Positions 48,894-58,175 are shown, counted from the stretch's first letter. The stretch: DNA of 64,000 bases from Halobacteroidaceae bacterium (GCA_003554585.1 PWGV01000183.1:8574-72573); one strand, 5' to 3'. Numbers and translations: made by a program. The notes: generated from the sequence alone by a model not told the origin.

Positions 48894-49652
48894 CTACCAG
48901 TGGACCCGCCCTTCGTAACGGGTTTTAATTTTTTCGTTGTGTTCGTCAGCCCCGTCCACGTTGAGGCTGATAAATACCGGCGGGGTTTCTCCCTCGGCCA
49001 GGATTAATTTAATGGTTTCTGCCGTTAGAGCCTGGGCGATAAACATGTTGGAAACTGAGGAAACAGAACAAACTTTGGTGTCTATCGCTTCGAGGGAAAT
49101 TGCGGCATCACCATATGGCCCGCAGTTATCGATGACAATGTCGGCAATTTCGAAAAGCCTCTTCCCGGAAGGGTGCCGGGCTTCGGTTTTCTTAGAATGG
49201 CTGAGGGAGGTAACCCCAATCAGGGGGATCCCTCTTTTTTTCATTTCCAGGGCGAGTTCCACGGCAGAACCATTCCGGCCCGAATTGGAACAGATTATCA
49301 TGACGTCACCCGGTTGAATATCGTGAATATTAAGCAATTCATGTGCCGTTTGGGGATCGCGTTCAGTTTCAGGCTGGCGCAGTTCTTCGTAGGTTATCGG
49401 GTTTTCAGCTTTTGTTACCAGGTCGTCCAGGGCGATCCCACTACAGGGTGCCAGTCCTCCCGCCCGGTGAACAAGTTCCATGGCGAAACTCTTGGAATGG
49501 CCCGGCCCGAAAATATGGACTACACCGTTATTTAAAATCCTCTGGGCCATGACCCGAGCAGCTTTTTTAATGTTCTCCATCTGTTCTTTTTCCAGGCGGT
49601 CAATAATTTCTCTCCCCTTCTGGAAAAACAACTCGGCTGAAATTTTTTCCAT
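48894..49652 (-). CDS. SIS domain protein, UPF0309 family (paralog 1, divergent)
   Basis: 252 aa. GPGHSK and CSNSGRN variants of the motifs. Confidence 0.75.
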   Translation of the reverse strand: MEKISAELFFQKGREIIDRLEKEQMENIKKAARVMAQRILNNGVVHIFGPGHSKSFAMELVHRAGGLAPCSGIALDDLVTKAENPITYEELRQPETERDPQTAHELLNIHDIQPGDVMIICSNSGRNGSAVELALEMKKRGIPLIGVTSLSHSKKTEARHPSGKRLFEIADIVIDNCGPYGDAAISLEAIDTKVCSVSSVSNMFIAQALTAETIKLILAEGETPPVFISLNVDGADEHNEKIKTRYEGRVHW

Positions 49653-49654
49653 TT

Positions 49655-50821
49655 TTATGCCTCCTTCTGTATTTGGCCGCTGACAATTGTTGTCACTGCC
49701 TCGAAGTCATCATCGAGGACGGTAAAAGTTGCTTCTTTGCCGGGTTTAAGGTCTCCCAGGTTTGTTTCTTTTATAGCAAGGGCAGGATTCCGGGAAGCAA
49801 CAGAACTAATGGCTGGAAGCGAAAGGCCTACCTCGTTAAATAAAGTTTTTGCTCCCCTGGCCATCAAGGCGGTGCTGCCGGCAAGGGTTCCATCATCGAG
49901 AAAGCTTCTTCCTGCCTGGTCGATATTAATTTTTTTGCCCCCAAAATCATAAGATCCGGGAGGTAATCCAGCAGCCAGAATCGCGTCGGAAATAAGGACG
50001 AGTTTTTCACTGCCCTTGCAGCGGTAGGCCAGATTTAGAACTGCAGGGTGGATATGAATTCCATCGGCAATAACCTCGCAGAAGACCCGGTCATCAGTTA
50101 AATAGGCCCCTACAACACCTGGTTTTCTGTGGTGAAGAGGGCTCATGGCATTGAAAAGGTGGTTGGCAATTGAAATCCCGGCGTTGATGCCTTCTGTCAT
50201 CTGCTCATAGGTTGCATTTGTATGCCCGCCAGCAATTAAATAACCCCTTTGCCTGGCATACTTAATTAAATCAAGAGCTCCTTCTTTTTCCGGGGCCAGG
50301 GTTAAACGCAGCAGCATCCCCCGGGCAGCTTCCTCCAGTTCAGCGAAAAAATCAAGGGATGGTTCAAGCAAGTATTTTTCAACCATGGCTCCTTTCCTTT
50401 CCACATTCAAAAAGGGGCCTTCCAGATGAATTCCTAAAATTTTGGCTCCGCCGGCCCCGTTTTCCTGTTCTTCCCGGGCTTTTTTTACTGCTTTAATTTG
50501 TTTAATCAGATCCTCGAGGCCCAGGCTGGTAGTAGTGGGCATAAAAGCGGCGGTTCCTTTTTTGGCCAGGAAACGGGCTAACTTGAGAATATCTTCCGGT
50601 TTTTCGGTTAAAGGATAGCCCCCTGCGCCGTGGATATGCAGGTCAACAAAACCGGGAAAAACCATCTTACTGCCCAGATCTATTTTTTCTCCCGAAAAAG
50701 AAGGAGGTATTGGCCCCCTGGTTACTTCAGCTATTTCCCCATCGGAAATTATCATGTGTCCGGCAAGAATTTCTTCAGTTGAAATTAGTTTTTCGCTGTA
50801 AAGGGCAAAGGATTTGCCCAT
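49655..50821 (-). CDS. nagA: N-acetylglucosamine-6-phosphate deacetylase family amidohydrolase
   Basis: 388 aa. DLHIHGAGG and HLFNAMS motifs. Confidence 0.85.
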   Translation of the reverse strand: MGKSFALYSEKLISTEEILAGHMIISDGEIAEVTRGPIPPSFSGEKIDLGSKMVFPGFVDLHIHGAGGYPLTEKPEDILKLARFLAKKGTAAFMPTTTSLGLEDLIKQIKAVKKAREEQENGAGGAKILGIHLEGPFLNVERKGAMVEKYLLEPSLDFFAELEEAARGMLLRLTLAPEKEGALDLIKYARQRGYLIAGGHTNATYEQMTEGINAGISIANHLFNAMSPLHHRKPGVVGAYLTDDRVFCEVIADGIHIHPAVLNLAYRCKGSEKLVLISDAILAAGLPPGSYDFGGKKINIDQAGRSFLDDGTLAGSTALMARGAKTLFNEVGLSLPAISSVASRNPALAIKETNLGDLKPGKEATFTVLDDDFEAVTTIVSGQIQKEA

Positions 50822-50822
50822 T

Positions 50823-52100
50823 TCAGATCATCTCCTTTAAAATTTCTTCCAGGGTTTTGACCAGGTCCTGGCCAAAGGTTGGCGCGAGGGGGGAGGAAAG
50901 GGCTTCATAACCACCCTCATTAAAAGCATCGGGATCGGGAATATAACCGAGGTGCCCATTGGAATACCCGCAGAGAATAATTGCCGAGGAGGGAAGTTGA
51001 TAAAGTGGCTGGGCCAGACTTGAGAAAAGCTCGCCGGGAATTGACGCCAGCGCAGTCCCCCCAATGTAACCGCAGGTTATTTCTGCGTTCTGTTCCAGTT
51101 GATCCTGGAGTTCGGCCACGTATTCCTGGATTCTGGCTCCTTCCAAACCGGTCTGAGCCAGGCGAATATCCCCGGGTTCTGCACCCTGAGCCTCCAGTTC
51201 CTTTTTCTTTTTTTCCCACTTTTTGATTTCCTGTTTTCTCTCCTCCGGGGAGGGGAGTTTACGGAAAGGAACTTCGATAGCAAAATTTTTTACCTGCAGG
51301 CTATCCTTAGGAAATTTTTTAAACTTGAGATTGCAGTAAAGGGAAAGGGCTTCTCCAGCAAAAAGTTTGCCCAGTCTTTCAACTTCTTCTAAATTTTGGG
51401 CCCTGCGTTCAAAACGGGTGCTGATATCTCCAGCGGCCCCGTTTACAAATCCTATGGTTGTTTGGGGAAACAGCTTGCGCAGGTTTTTGATCATTGCCCC
51501 CGGAAAATCAGGGGAGAGGAGAAGGTTATCTGCACCGAGGACTGTGGGGTGACACCCGTAGTTTACTATAATCGCTTTGGGTTCTTTATTACCGGGAATT
51601 TTAGCGCTCAACAGGGAAAGGGGAAGAGAGGGTTTTTCTTCTTTACCCCGCCTGTTGCTTCCAATTCCGGTGATATATCTGCTGCCGGAAGCCATTTCGA
51701 TTTCTTCCAGGTTCTGTTCTGCCATAAGCAGAGAGCCGGCAAGGGCGCGTTGAACCCAGTCCACATAATCGGGATCAGGGTCGAATCTAAAATCCCCCCG
51801 GCTGAAAGTGGAAGGACCGGAATGGGTGTGACTGCAGGAAACAATAATATTGGAAGAGGGGATCCCGGTTAACCTTTCCGCTTCCTCCCTGATAAAGGAG
51901 GATTGATCAAAGTTGAGCATTAAGAGATCGGCAGTAATTAAACCCAGTTTCTCTTTCCCGTCCTGGAAAACAAACGAACGGGCATAGAGGGGAGAGGCAA
52001 TTCCCTTTGCAGGGCCTGCTCTTGCTCCATACCCCCCCATTGTAATTGGTATCTGGGGGGTGATTTCAATTTCTGCACAACCAAAAAGCATTTTTATCAC
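50823..52100 (-). CDS. Neutral/alkaline-ceramidase-N-terminal-like hydrolase (function unknown)
   Basis: 425 aa. The N-terminus FGCAEIEITPQIPITMGGYG..LYARSFVF..ITADLL resembles the ceramidase_alk family (from memory, not verified). Confidence 0.5.
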   Translation of the reverse strand: MIKMLFGCAEIEITPQIPITMGGYGARAGPAKGIASPLYARSFVFQDGKEKLGLITADLLMLNFDQSSFIREEAERLTGIPSSNIIVSCSHTHSGPSTFSRGDFRFDPDPDYVDWVQRALAGSLLMAEQNLEEIEMASGSRYITGIGSNRRGKEEKPSLPLSLLSAKIPGNKEPKAIIVNYGCHPTVLGADNLLLSPDFPGAMIKNLRKLFPQTTIGFVNGAAGDISTRFERRAQNLEEVERLGKLFAGEALSLYCNLKFKKFPKDSLQVKNFAIEVPFRKLPSPEERKQEIKKWEKKKKELEAQGAEPGDIRLAQTGLEGARIQEYVAELQDQLEQNAEITCGYIGGTALASIPGELFSSLAQPLYQLPSSAIILCGYSNGHLGYIPDPDAFNEGGYEALSSPLAPTFGQDLVKTLEEILKEMI

Positions 52101-52588
52101 AACCCATTTTTTTCTAGGGCCTTGATGAAGTCCATACCGCTGTCAGAAGGCATAACTTTGGAACGCAGGTTGTATCCTTTATCCGCGATTGCCCGATAGA
52201 TCGGGGCCTGGTCCTCGGTAACAGCTATGGAACGGGTGATGTGTTTGGGCTTGGTCTTGGGTAAAGTTGCCTGATTGCCAACAATTACTTCTTTGGGGTC
52301 TGCGCCCTTTTCAATTAAATCAAGAGCATCGGAAGGGAATTTTGCAACTACCATAATTTTTTCCTTCTGGGCCTTTTCTGAATCCAGGTATTCAATGGCT
52401 TTATCGATTCCCAAAACGGAGGTTTTGACCCCCCGGGCTGCGTTGGGAAGGAGCTGTTTCTGGATGGGATCCTGGGCAACTTTATCATTAACCACGATAA
52501 TATGGTCTGCCCCGAGGTAGCTCACCCAGGCCACGGTTACCTGGCCGTGGATTAATCGATTATCAATTCTCATGTGAATCAAAGGCAT
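52097..52588 (-). CDS. PTS mannose/fructose/sorbose family EIIB
   Basis: MPLIHMRIDNRLIHGQV (phospho-His context). AAGGGGGA SD. The ORF extends to 52660, but that part overlaps IIA. Confidence 0.85.
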   Translation of the reverse strand: MPLIHMRIDNRLIHGQVTVAWVSYLGADHIIVVNDKVAQDPIQKQLLPNAARGVKTSVLGIDKAIEYLDSEKAQKEKIMVVAKFPSDALDLIEKGADPKEVIVGNQATLPKTKPKHITRSIAVTEDQAPIYRAIADKGYNLRSKVMPSDSGMDFIKALEKNGL

Positions 52589-52601
52589 CTTTTGTCCCCC
52601 T

Positions 52602-53012
52602 TTATTGGTCTTTTTGCATGACTTCAGACATAATCTGGACGCTTTGAGTCGCCAGTTCACGGCAATTTTGGGCTAATTCTTTAAGTCCCGTGGAACTGCG
52701 CATGTTTGCAATTTCCAAAAGCATGGGTAAATTTACTCCTGTAACCACTTCGATAGGAGGGTTTTCCGAGTCCAGAAGGTAAGCGGAAGCGTTGGAGGGA
52801 GTTCCCCCGAAAAGATCGGCCATAATGAGTACCCCATCAGGAGTTTCCATTGCCTGGGCTGCTTTTTTTAATTTTTCCCTGTAATCTTCAGGGCCCATAT
52901 CGGGTTCCAGAGCCAGGGCAGTAATTTTCTCCTGGGGTCCCATGATCATTTCCAGGGCATCCATAAAACCTCCGGCCAGTTGCCCGTGTGATGCAACTAT
53001 AATTCCAACCAT
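52602..53012 (-). CDS. PTS mannose family EIIA
   Basis: MVGIIVASHGQLAGG. 136 aa. Confidence 0.85.
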   Translation of the reverse strand: MVGIIVASHGQLAGGFMDALEMIMGPQEKITALALEPDMGPEDYREKLKKAAQAMETPDGVLIMADLFGGTPSNASAYLLDSENPPIEVVTGVNLPMLLEIANMRSSTGLKELAQNCRELATQSVQIMSEVMQKDQ

Positions 53013-53072
53013 ATTTTTTCCTCCTAAAGCTAAAATTGGGGCAGGGGCACGGCCCCTACCCCTTGAGGTTTT

Positions 53073-53918
53073 TTACAGAATTCCAATAAGGCTTCCGCCG
53101 AAGGCGATAACAACCAGGGCCAGCAGGACCTTGATTGGTGACCACTTAAGCGGTCCCCTCAGCAACCAGTAGGCCAGGGCAACGAGCAGGACCGGAATTA
53201 AATAGGGGAGCAACTGGTCCAGGACGTCCTGAACTGCAACAACCTGTTCAGTTAGCTCACCTTCGACTTCCACGGTCTCGGTGTATTCCAGGGGAGTGGT
53301 TACTCCCGAGAGGATACTGGGAACAAACCCACCAATAACCGTTAAACCGAGTATCGTGGCACTTGTTGTTAGCTTATCCATTGTACCGCCAGCTGCGGTA
53401 TCCTGGACAATATCAGCACCACGCTGATAACCTTGCCAGAAGAGGTAAATTTTTACCCCGATACCCCAGAAGAGGCCGAAAAGGATCATCAGCCAGAAAC
53501 CGCCCATGCTGCCTCCCAGGGCCAGGGAAGCGGCAAAAACACCAATAATCGGGCGGGTTAGGATGGCAAAAAGGGTATCGCCAATTCCGGCGAGGGGTCC
53601 CATCAGACCTACCTTGAGACTGTCCACTGCCTCGCCTTCTGCGCCCTGTTCTTCAAGGGCAGCGGCTGCCCCAATAATACCCGCACCCATGGGAGGGGGA
53701 GTATTGAAAAAGTTCAAATGCCGCTGCAGGGCGAGCTTAAGGTCTTCCTTAGTTTCGTTTACCTTTTCCAGGATGGGCATAATGGCCCAGGCAAAACCCA
53801 GGGCCTGCATCCGTTCATAGTTCCAGGACCACTGGAAGGTGAACATGTACCGCAACAAAACACGCCACAGATCTCTTTTGGTTACCTTCTTTTCGTTTTT
53901 ATTAGGCACTTGCCTCAC
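53073..53918 (-). CDS. PTS mannose family EIID
   Basis: 281 aa. N-terminal KKVTKRDLWRVLLRYMFTFQWSWNYERMQALGF is typical of IID. Confidence 0.85.
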   Translation of the reverse strand: MRQVPNKNEKKVTKRDLWRVLLRYMFTFQWSWNYERMQALGFAWAIMPILEKVNETKEDLKLALQRHLNFFNTPPPMGAGIIGAAAALEEQGAEGEAVDSLKVGLMGPLAGIGDTLFAILTRPIIGVFAASLALGGSMGGFWLMILFGLFWGIGVKIYLFWQGYQRGADIVQDTAAGGTMDKLTTSATILGLTVIGGFVPSILSGVTTPLEYTETVEVEGELTEQVVAVQDVLDQLLPYLIPVLLVALAYWLLRGPLKWSPIKVLLALVVIAFGGSLIGIL

Positions 53919-54675
53919 CTTCTTTCATGTGAAAATAGAGGGCGGCCAGTGCTGCACCAGCGATGGCAAGGCCGATTACCGGTACTTCCAGATAGGCAAA
54001 AAGGATGAAACCGATAATGAGAAACGGCCAGTATTTCTTAACAGGCAGCATGCTTAAAAGCAGGGCAAAACCGAGTGCGGGAAGGACGGCCCCGGTAGTA
54101 GAAATTGCTTCCTGAAACCATTCCGGGATCCACTCCATAAACCGCTGGACAGGACCAGCACCGAGCCATATAGCCAGAAATACGGGGATGGCCCGGGTCA
54201 ACCCCCAGGGTAACTGCCCTAAAATGTGCATTAAAGTTACGCCCCGGAAGTTTTCGTCCTCGACATATTTGTCTGCTCCGTGAATAAATACCGTGGTTAT
54301 AGCCCGACCAAAAACGTCCAACTGGGTCATCAAGAGGGCGGCGGGAACTGCAATGGTTAACCCCGTGGCCATGGCCGATTCTACATTGCCGTCATAGGCC
54401 AGGGCACCGAATGCTGTTCCCAGGATCGCCCCTGTTAAGAAGTCGGGAATAGTAGCACCACCATAAGTATGCATTCCCAGTGAGATAATCATTAGTGTAC
54501 CACCAACTGCCAGACCAAGGGGAATGTTCCCGACAATAATTCCAGTTACAGCGCCGGCAACTATTGGTTCGTGGAAGCTGATGTTAGGGGCCAGCATGGA
54601 AACGATAGCAATATAGGCCCATAAACCCAGGACTAAGGCTGTCCCTATACCATAGGGAGAGACAACTTCTTCCAT
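53902..54675 (-). CDS. PTS mannose family EIIC
   Basis: 257 aa, polytopic. Sits directly upstream of IID. Confidence 0.8.
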   Translation of the reverse strand: MEEVVSPYGIGTALVLGLWAYIAIVSMLAPNISFHEPIVAGAVTGIIVGNIPLGLAVGGTLMIISLGMHTYGGATIPDFLTGAILGTAFGALAYDGNVESAMATGLTIAVPAALLMTQLDVFGRAITTVFIHGADKYVEDENFRGVTLMHILGQLPWGLTRAIPVFLAIWLGAGPVQRFMEWIPEWFQEAISTTGAVLPALGFALLLSMLPVKKYWPFLIIGFILFAYLEVPVIGLAIAGAALAALYFHMKEGEASA

Positions 54676-54758
54676 GTCACTACCTCCTTAATAAAGAATG
54701 ATAAATCCGTTTTACTACCCCAACAAGCATAGAATTTAAGGGAAAACCACCTCCTTAA

Positions 54759-55514
54759 TTATCGTTCAAGGTAAAAGAAAAATTTGTAGCGGTCCGCTCG
54801 GTAAAATGATCTGACAAATTCAAAAGGTTCACCCTGTTCGGTGTAGGTTAATCGTTCCCGCAAAAAAACCGGGGTTCCGGGAAGTATTCCCAGAAGATCT
54901 GCTTCTTTTTTTTCTGCTGCTAAAGCCTCCAGGGTTTCTTTAGCCCGGCCAAGGGTCAGGTTGAATTTATCCCGCAGGAGACTGTAAAGAGAACCGTGCT
55001 CCAAATCCCTTTTATTCATACCAGGAAAAAGAGAAAAGGGAAGAAAGGAAATTTCCCTGGCCATGGGTTCATTGTTAGCCAGACGTAATCTTTCAATCAG
55101 GTATATTTTTCCGCCGGGCCGAAGTTTTAGCTCCTCCTGGATCTGGTTCTCGGGAGTTTTTATGGAAAAAGAGAGCAGGAGGGTGGCCGGTTTAAGCCCC
55201 CGGCTGATCATATCCTCGGTAAAACTGGTTAAATGGAACAAACCCTGGTTGAGCTTGGCCTGGGCAACGAAGGTTCCCAGTCCCCGCTTGCGGACAAGAA
55301 CTCCTTTGTTAACAAGGGCATTGGTTGCCTGCCGAACTGTTAGACGGTTAATATTATAGGTTTTTGCCAGTTCCCGTTCCGAGGGGAGTTTTTCCCCCGG
55401 CTGGAGAAGTCCCTCATCTATTGCTTTTTGAATTATTTTCTGGAGCTGGTAATAAAGGGGTGCTGGTAATTTGGGATCTAACGGGTATTTTTTCTGTGGG
55501 CTGGAAAAAACCAT
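54759..55514 (-). CDS. GntR/HutC-family regulator with UTRA domain (NagR/DasR-like)
   Basis: LPSERELAKTYNINRLTVRQATNALV wHTH. UTRA-like C-terminus. A dre-like site lies 20 nt upstream. Confidence 0.85.
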   Translation of the reverse strand: MVFSSPQKKYPLDPKLPAPLYYQLQKIIQKAIDEGLLQPGEKLPSERELAKTYNINRLTVRQATNALVNKGVLVRKRGLGTFVAQAKLNQGLFHLTSFTEDMISRGLKPATLLLSFSIKTPENQIQEELKLRPGGKIYLIERLRLANNEPMAREISFLPFSLFPGMNKRDLEHGSLYSLLRDKFNLTLGRAKETLEALAAEKKEADLLGILPGTPVFLRERLTYTEQGEPFEFVRSFYRADRYKFFFYLER

Positions 55515-55534
55515 GGGATCGCCTCCCGTGGGTT

Positions 55535-55550
55535 AGTGGTATAGACCACC
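55535..55550. promoter_or_regulatory. dre-like operator AGTGGTATAGACCACC
   Basis: Matches the NagR/DasR consensus A(G/C)TGGTCTAGACCA(C/G)T at all but two positions. Lies just upstream of the GntR start. Confidence 0.6.
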
Positions 55551-55735
55551 AGCATTTATTATAATGATTCGTCAGCAGGAAAAAAAATCCTGCAACTGGA
55601 AACGAAATTTTTATAACACCCTTGTCCTTTATGTTATAATATATCTTGAGATTTCTCTTTTTGAACAGAGTGGCGAAGTTGTTTTGCAAAAAGAAAACCA
55701 TGCAAGAATTTTTTTAACAAGGGGAGCAGATAACC

Positions 55736-56593
55736 GTGAAGAAAAAAATAATAAAAGTAATTGCCATAGACCTGGATGGAACCCTGCTGGATTCCAGGCA
55801 GAGGATCAGTGCTTATACAAAGAAAATCCTCGATGAATGCCGCAACAGGGACATTAAACTGGTTATCGCCACAGGTAGAAATCAGCACTCTGCCCGGGAG
55901 CTGGTCCGGGGCATAGGGCCGGTTTCTTTTGTTAGCAATAACGGGAGCAATATTGTTGATGAGGAGGGAAAAGTCCTCCGAGAGCGGGAAATTTTCCGTT
56001 CGACCACGAGGGAGATTATCGCCCATAGCAGGGAGATCGGAAAACTATATTTCTTTTTGGTTTCCCCGGATACTCTGCTGATGCCACCGACCCGGAAAAG
56101 TCTATGTAGACCTTTAATTCGTCACCTTTTTTCCAGGCAGGGGCTGATGGAGTACCTGGACAACAGGAAGCTTGTCCCGAGAATAAGAACAAGGGATATT
56201 GAAGGTTATATCCAGAAAAATCCTTTTAAGGTTCAGAAGATAAATTTTATCGGTGAAGCTTTTCGGATTGAAGAACTGGAAAAGAGGATTGAGGCCTTTA
56301 ACCTGGCGATAACCAGGGGTCACGAGTGGAGTATAGATATCAATCCTTCTGGTGTTAACAAGGGGGAGGCCCTGCAATTTTTAACTGGACACTGGGGAAT
56401 ATCCCAGGACAGTTTTCTGGCTTTTGGAGACGGGCATAATGACCTGGATATGCTCCGCTTTGCGGGAACGGGAGTAGTTATGGATAACTCCAGCCTGGGT
56501 CAATTAAAAGACAACGCCGACCTGGTTGCTCCGAGTAATAACGAAGATGGGGTGGCCCGGATAATAGAAAAAATGGTGCTTAGAGAAACCTGA
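55736..56593 (+). CDS. Cof-type HAD-IIB phosphatase
   Basis: IAIDLDGTLL and FGDGHNDLDM. GTG start. Confidence 0.85.
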   Translation: MKKKIIKVIAIDLDGTLLDSRQRISAYTKKILDECRNRDIKLVIATGRNQHSARELVRGIGPVSFVSNNGSNIVDEEGKVLREREIFRSTTREIIAHSREIGKLYFFLVSPDTLLMPPTRKSLCRPLIRHLFSRQGLMEYLDNRKLVPRIRTRDIEGYIQKNPFKVQKINFIGEAFRIEELEKRIEAFNLAITRGHEWSIDINPSGVNKGEALQFLTGHWGISQDSFLAFGDGHNDLDMLRFAGTGVVMDNSSLGQLKDNADLVAPSNNEDGVARIIEKMVLRET

Positions 56594-56599
56594 TATTTA

Positions 56600-56628
56600 A
56601 AAAAGGCCCTTTGAGGGGCCTTTTTTAC
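56600..56628. terminator. Bidirectional terminator
   Basis: AAAAAAGGCCC-TTTGA-GGGGCCTTTTTT between convergent genes. Confidence 0.75.
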
Positions 56629-56649
56629 TGATTGAGTTAATAAAATTTT

Positions 56650-57858
56650 TTACCGATAGAGGCCTTCTTCATCGTACCTGGCCACTTGGGCTACATCCTT
56701 GTCACCTCGGCCTGAGAGGTTTACTATTATTGTTTTATCAGGTGGTAGGGTTTTTGCAAGATGCAGGGCATAGGCTACAGCATGGGCGCTTTCCAGGGCA
56801 GGAATAATTCCTTCTTCCCGGCTCAAAAGCCGGAAGGTTTCCAGTGCTTCGCGATCGGTTACGCTTTCGTAACTGATTCTTCTAGTATCTCTTAAGTAGG
56901 AGTGTTCCGGGCCTACTCCCGGGTAATCTAAACCGGGGGCAATGGAATGAACGGGAAGGGGTTCGCCTTTTTCATCCTGGAGGGTGTAGCATTTAAAACC
57001 ATGAATTATACCTGGAGAACCTCTGCTGATAGAAGCAGCGTGCTGATTTGTATCCAGGCCTCCACCGGCGGGTTCAACTCCAATTATCGCTACCTTCTCG
57101 TCCTTGAGGAAAGGATGGAATAGTCCGATGGCGTTGCTGCCTCCTCCCACACAGGCTACAAGGTAATCGGGGAGTTTCCCGGTAGCTTCCATAACTTGCT
57201 CCCGGGCTTCTCTTCCTATTATACTCTGGAAATCCCTGACCATCGTGGGATAGGGGTGAGGCCCTACTGCTGAACCCAGCAGATAGAAACTGTTTTCAAA
57301 GTCCCCGGCATACGTATCCAAAGCCTTATCAACGGCATCTTTTAGAGTTCTGGTTCCAGTTTCTACAGAGACCACTTCCGCGCCCAATAACTCCATTCGG
57401 AAAACGTTCATCTGCTGGCGAATTACATCTTCAGCCCCCATGAATATTGTGCATTCAAGGTCAAAAAAGCTTGCTACAGTTGCCGTGGCTACTCCATGCT
57501 GACCGGCCCCTGTTTCAGCTATCAATCTTTTTTTGCCCAGATCCCGGGCCAGGAGAGCCTGCCCCATGGCGTTATTAATTTTGTGTGAGCCGGTGTGGTT
57601 TAAATCTTCTCGTTTGAGGAAAATTTTTGCTCCTCCAGCATACTCCGATAGTCTTTCCGCGAAATAAAGGGGATTGGGGCGGCCCACAAAATGTTTTAAA
57701 TGAAAGGCCAGTTCCTCCTGGAAAGTTGGTTGCTCCCGCAATCTCTGGAAGGCATCGGTTAATTCCTGCAGGGGTTTTTCCAGGGGAGGGGGGACAAACC
57801 TGCCTCCGTAATCTCCAAAAAAACCTTCTCTTGTCAGTTCTTCCTTTTTAGTTGCCAT
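56650..57858 (-). CDS. trpB: Tryptophan synthase beta chain (TrpB1-type), stand-alone
   Basis: 402 aa. [13 protein letters not shown] lysine [17 protein letters not shown]. No trpA adjacent. Confidence 0.9.
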   Translation of the reverse strand: MATKKEELTREGFFGDYGGRFVPPPLEKPLQELTDAFQRLREQPTFQEELAFHLKHFVGRPNPLYFAERLSEYAGGAKIFLKREDLNHTGSHKINNAMGQALLARDLGKKRLIAETGAGQHGVATATVASFFDLECTIFMGAEDVIRQQMNVFRMELLGAEVVSVETGTRTLKDAVDKALDTYAGDFENSFYLLGSAVGPHPYPTMVRDFQSIIGREAREQVMEATGKLPDYLVACVGGGSNAIGLFHPFLKDEKVAIIGVEPAGGGLDTNQHAASISRGSPGIIHGFKCYTLQDEKGEPLPVHSIAPGLDYPGVGPEHSYLRDTRRISYESVTDREALETFRLLSREEGIIPALESAHAVAYALHLAKTLPPDKTIIVNLSGRGDKDVAQVARYDEEGLYR

Positions 57859-57881
57859 TATAATTCCTCCTTTTTGGGTTG

Positions 57882-57913
57882 AAAATAAAAAAACTCCGGC
57901 GAAAACCGGAGTT
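57882..57913 (-). terminator. Attenuator terminator in the trpB leader
   Basis: Minus strand AAACTCCGG-TTTTCG-CCGGAGTTT followed by TTTTTATTTT. It ends about 20 nt before the trpB SD AGGAGG. Confidence 0.75.
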
Positions 57914-57961
57914 TAAACCAATAAAAACAAATATAAAATTCCCGGATTCCTTCCTCTTTAT

Positions 57962-58042
57962 TTACCCAGATGAAATTAGACGTGGTGTTGCGCCACGCCA
58001 GGACCAGGTATTAAAAAGGATAAGACCGGAAACCTTAGCCAT
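57962..58042 (-). CDS. Candidate trp leader peptide MAKVSGLILFNTWSWRGATPRLISSG
   Basis: 26 codons plus TAA. GAGGG SD 9 nt upstream of the ATG. Two Trp codons (W13, W15). Lies between a consensus promoter and the terminator. Confidence 0.55.
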   Translation of the reverse strand: MAKVSGLILFNTWSWRGATPRLISSG

Positions 58043-58075
58043 TTTTCTGCCCTCACTTATTTTGTAATACAGATC

Positions 58076-58104
58076 ATTATATACTCTTGTTAAAGCGTTG
58101 TCAA
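58076..58104 (-). promoter_or_regulatory. Sigma-70/SigA-type promoter TTGACA-N17-TATAAT
   Basis: Perfect -35 and -10 hexamers with a 17-nt spacer on the minus strand, about 30 nt upstream of the leader ORF. Confidence 0.7.
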
Positions 58105-58175
58105 GGTAAAGAAGGTGGTTTTTTTGGAAAAACGCATTGAAAGGGGCAAATGTCGGTTTTAACTAAATTTCTAGC

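Noticed and set aside
57860-58070. T-box riboswitch or TRAP site in the trpB leader
   Set aside because: There is no T-box consensus (AAUNAGGGUGGUACCGCG), no AGAGA/GNUGGNA stem-I features and no array of (G/U)AG triplets. The leader-peptide model explains the Trp codons and the terminator better.
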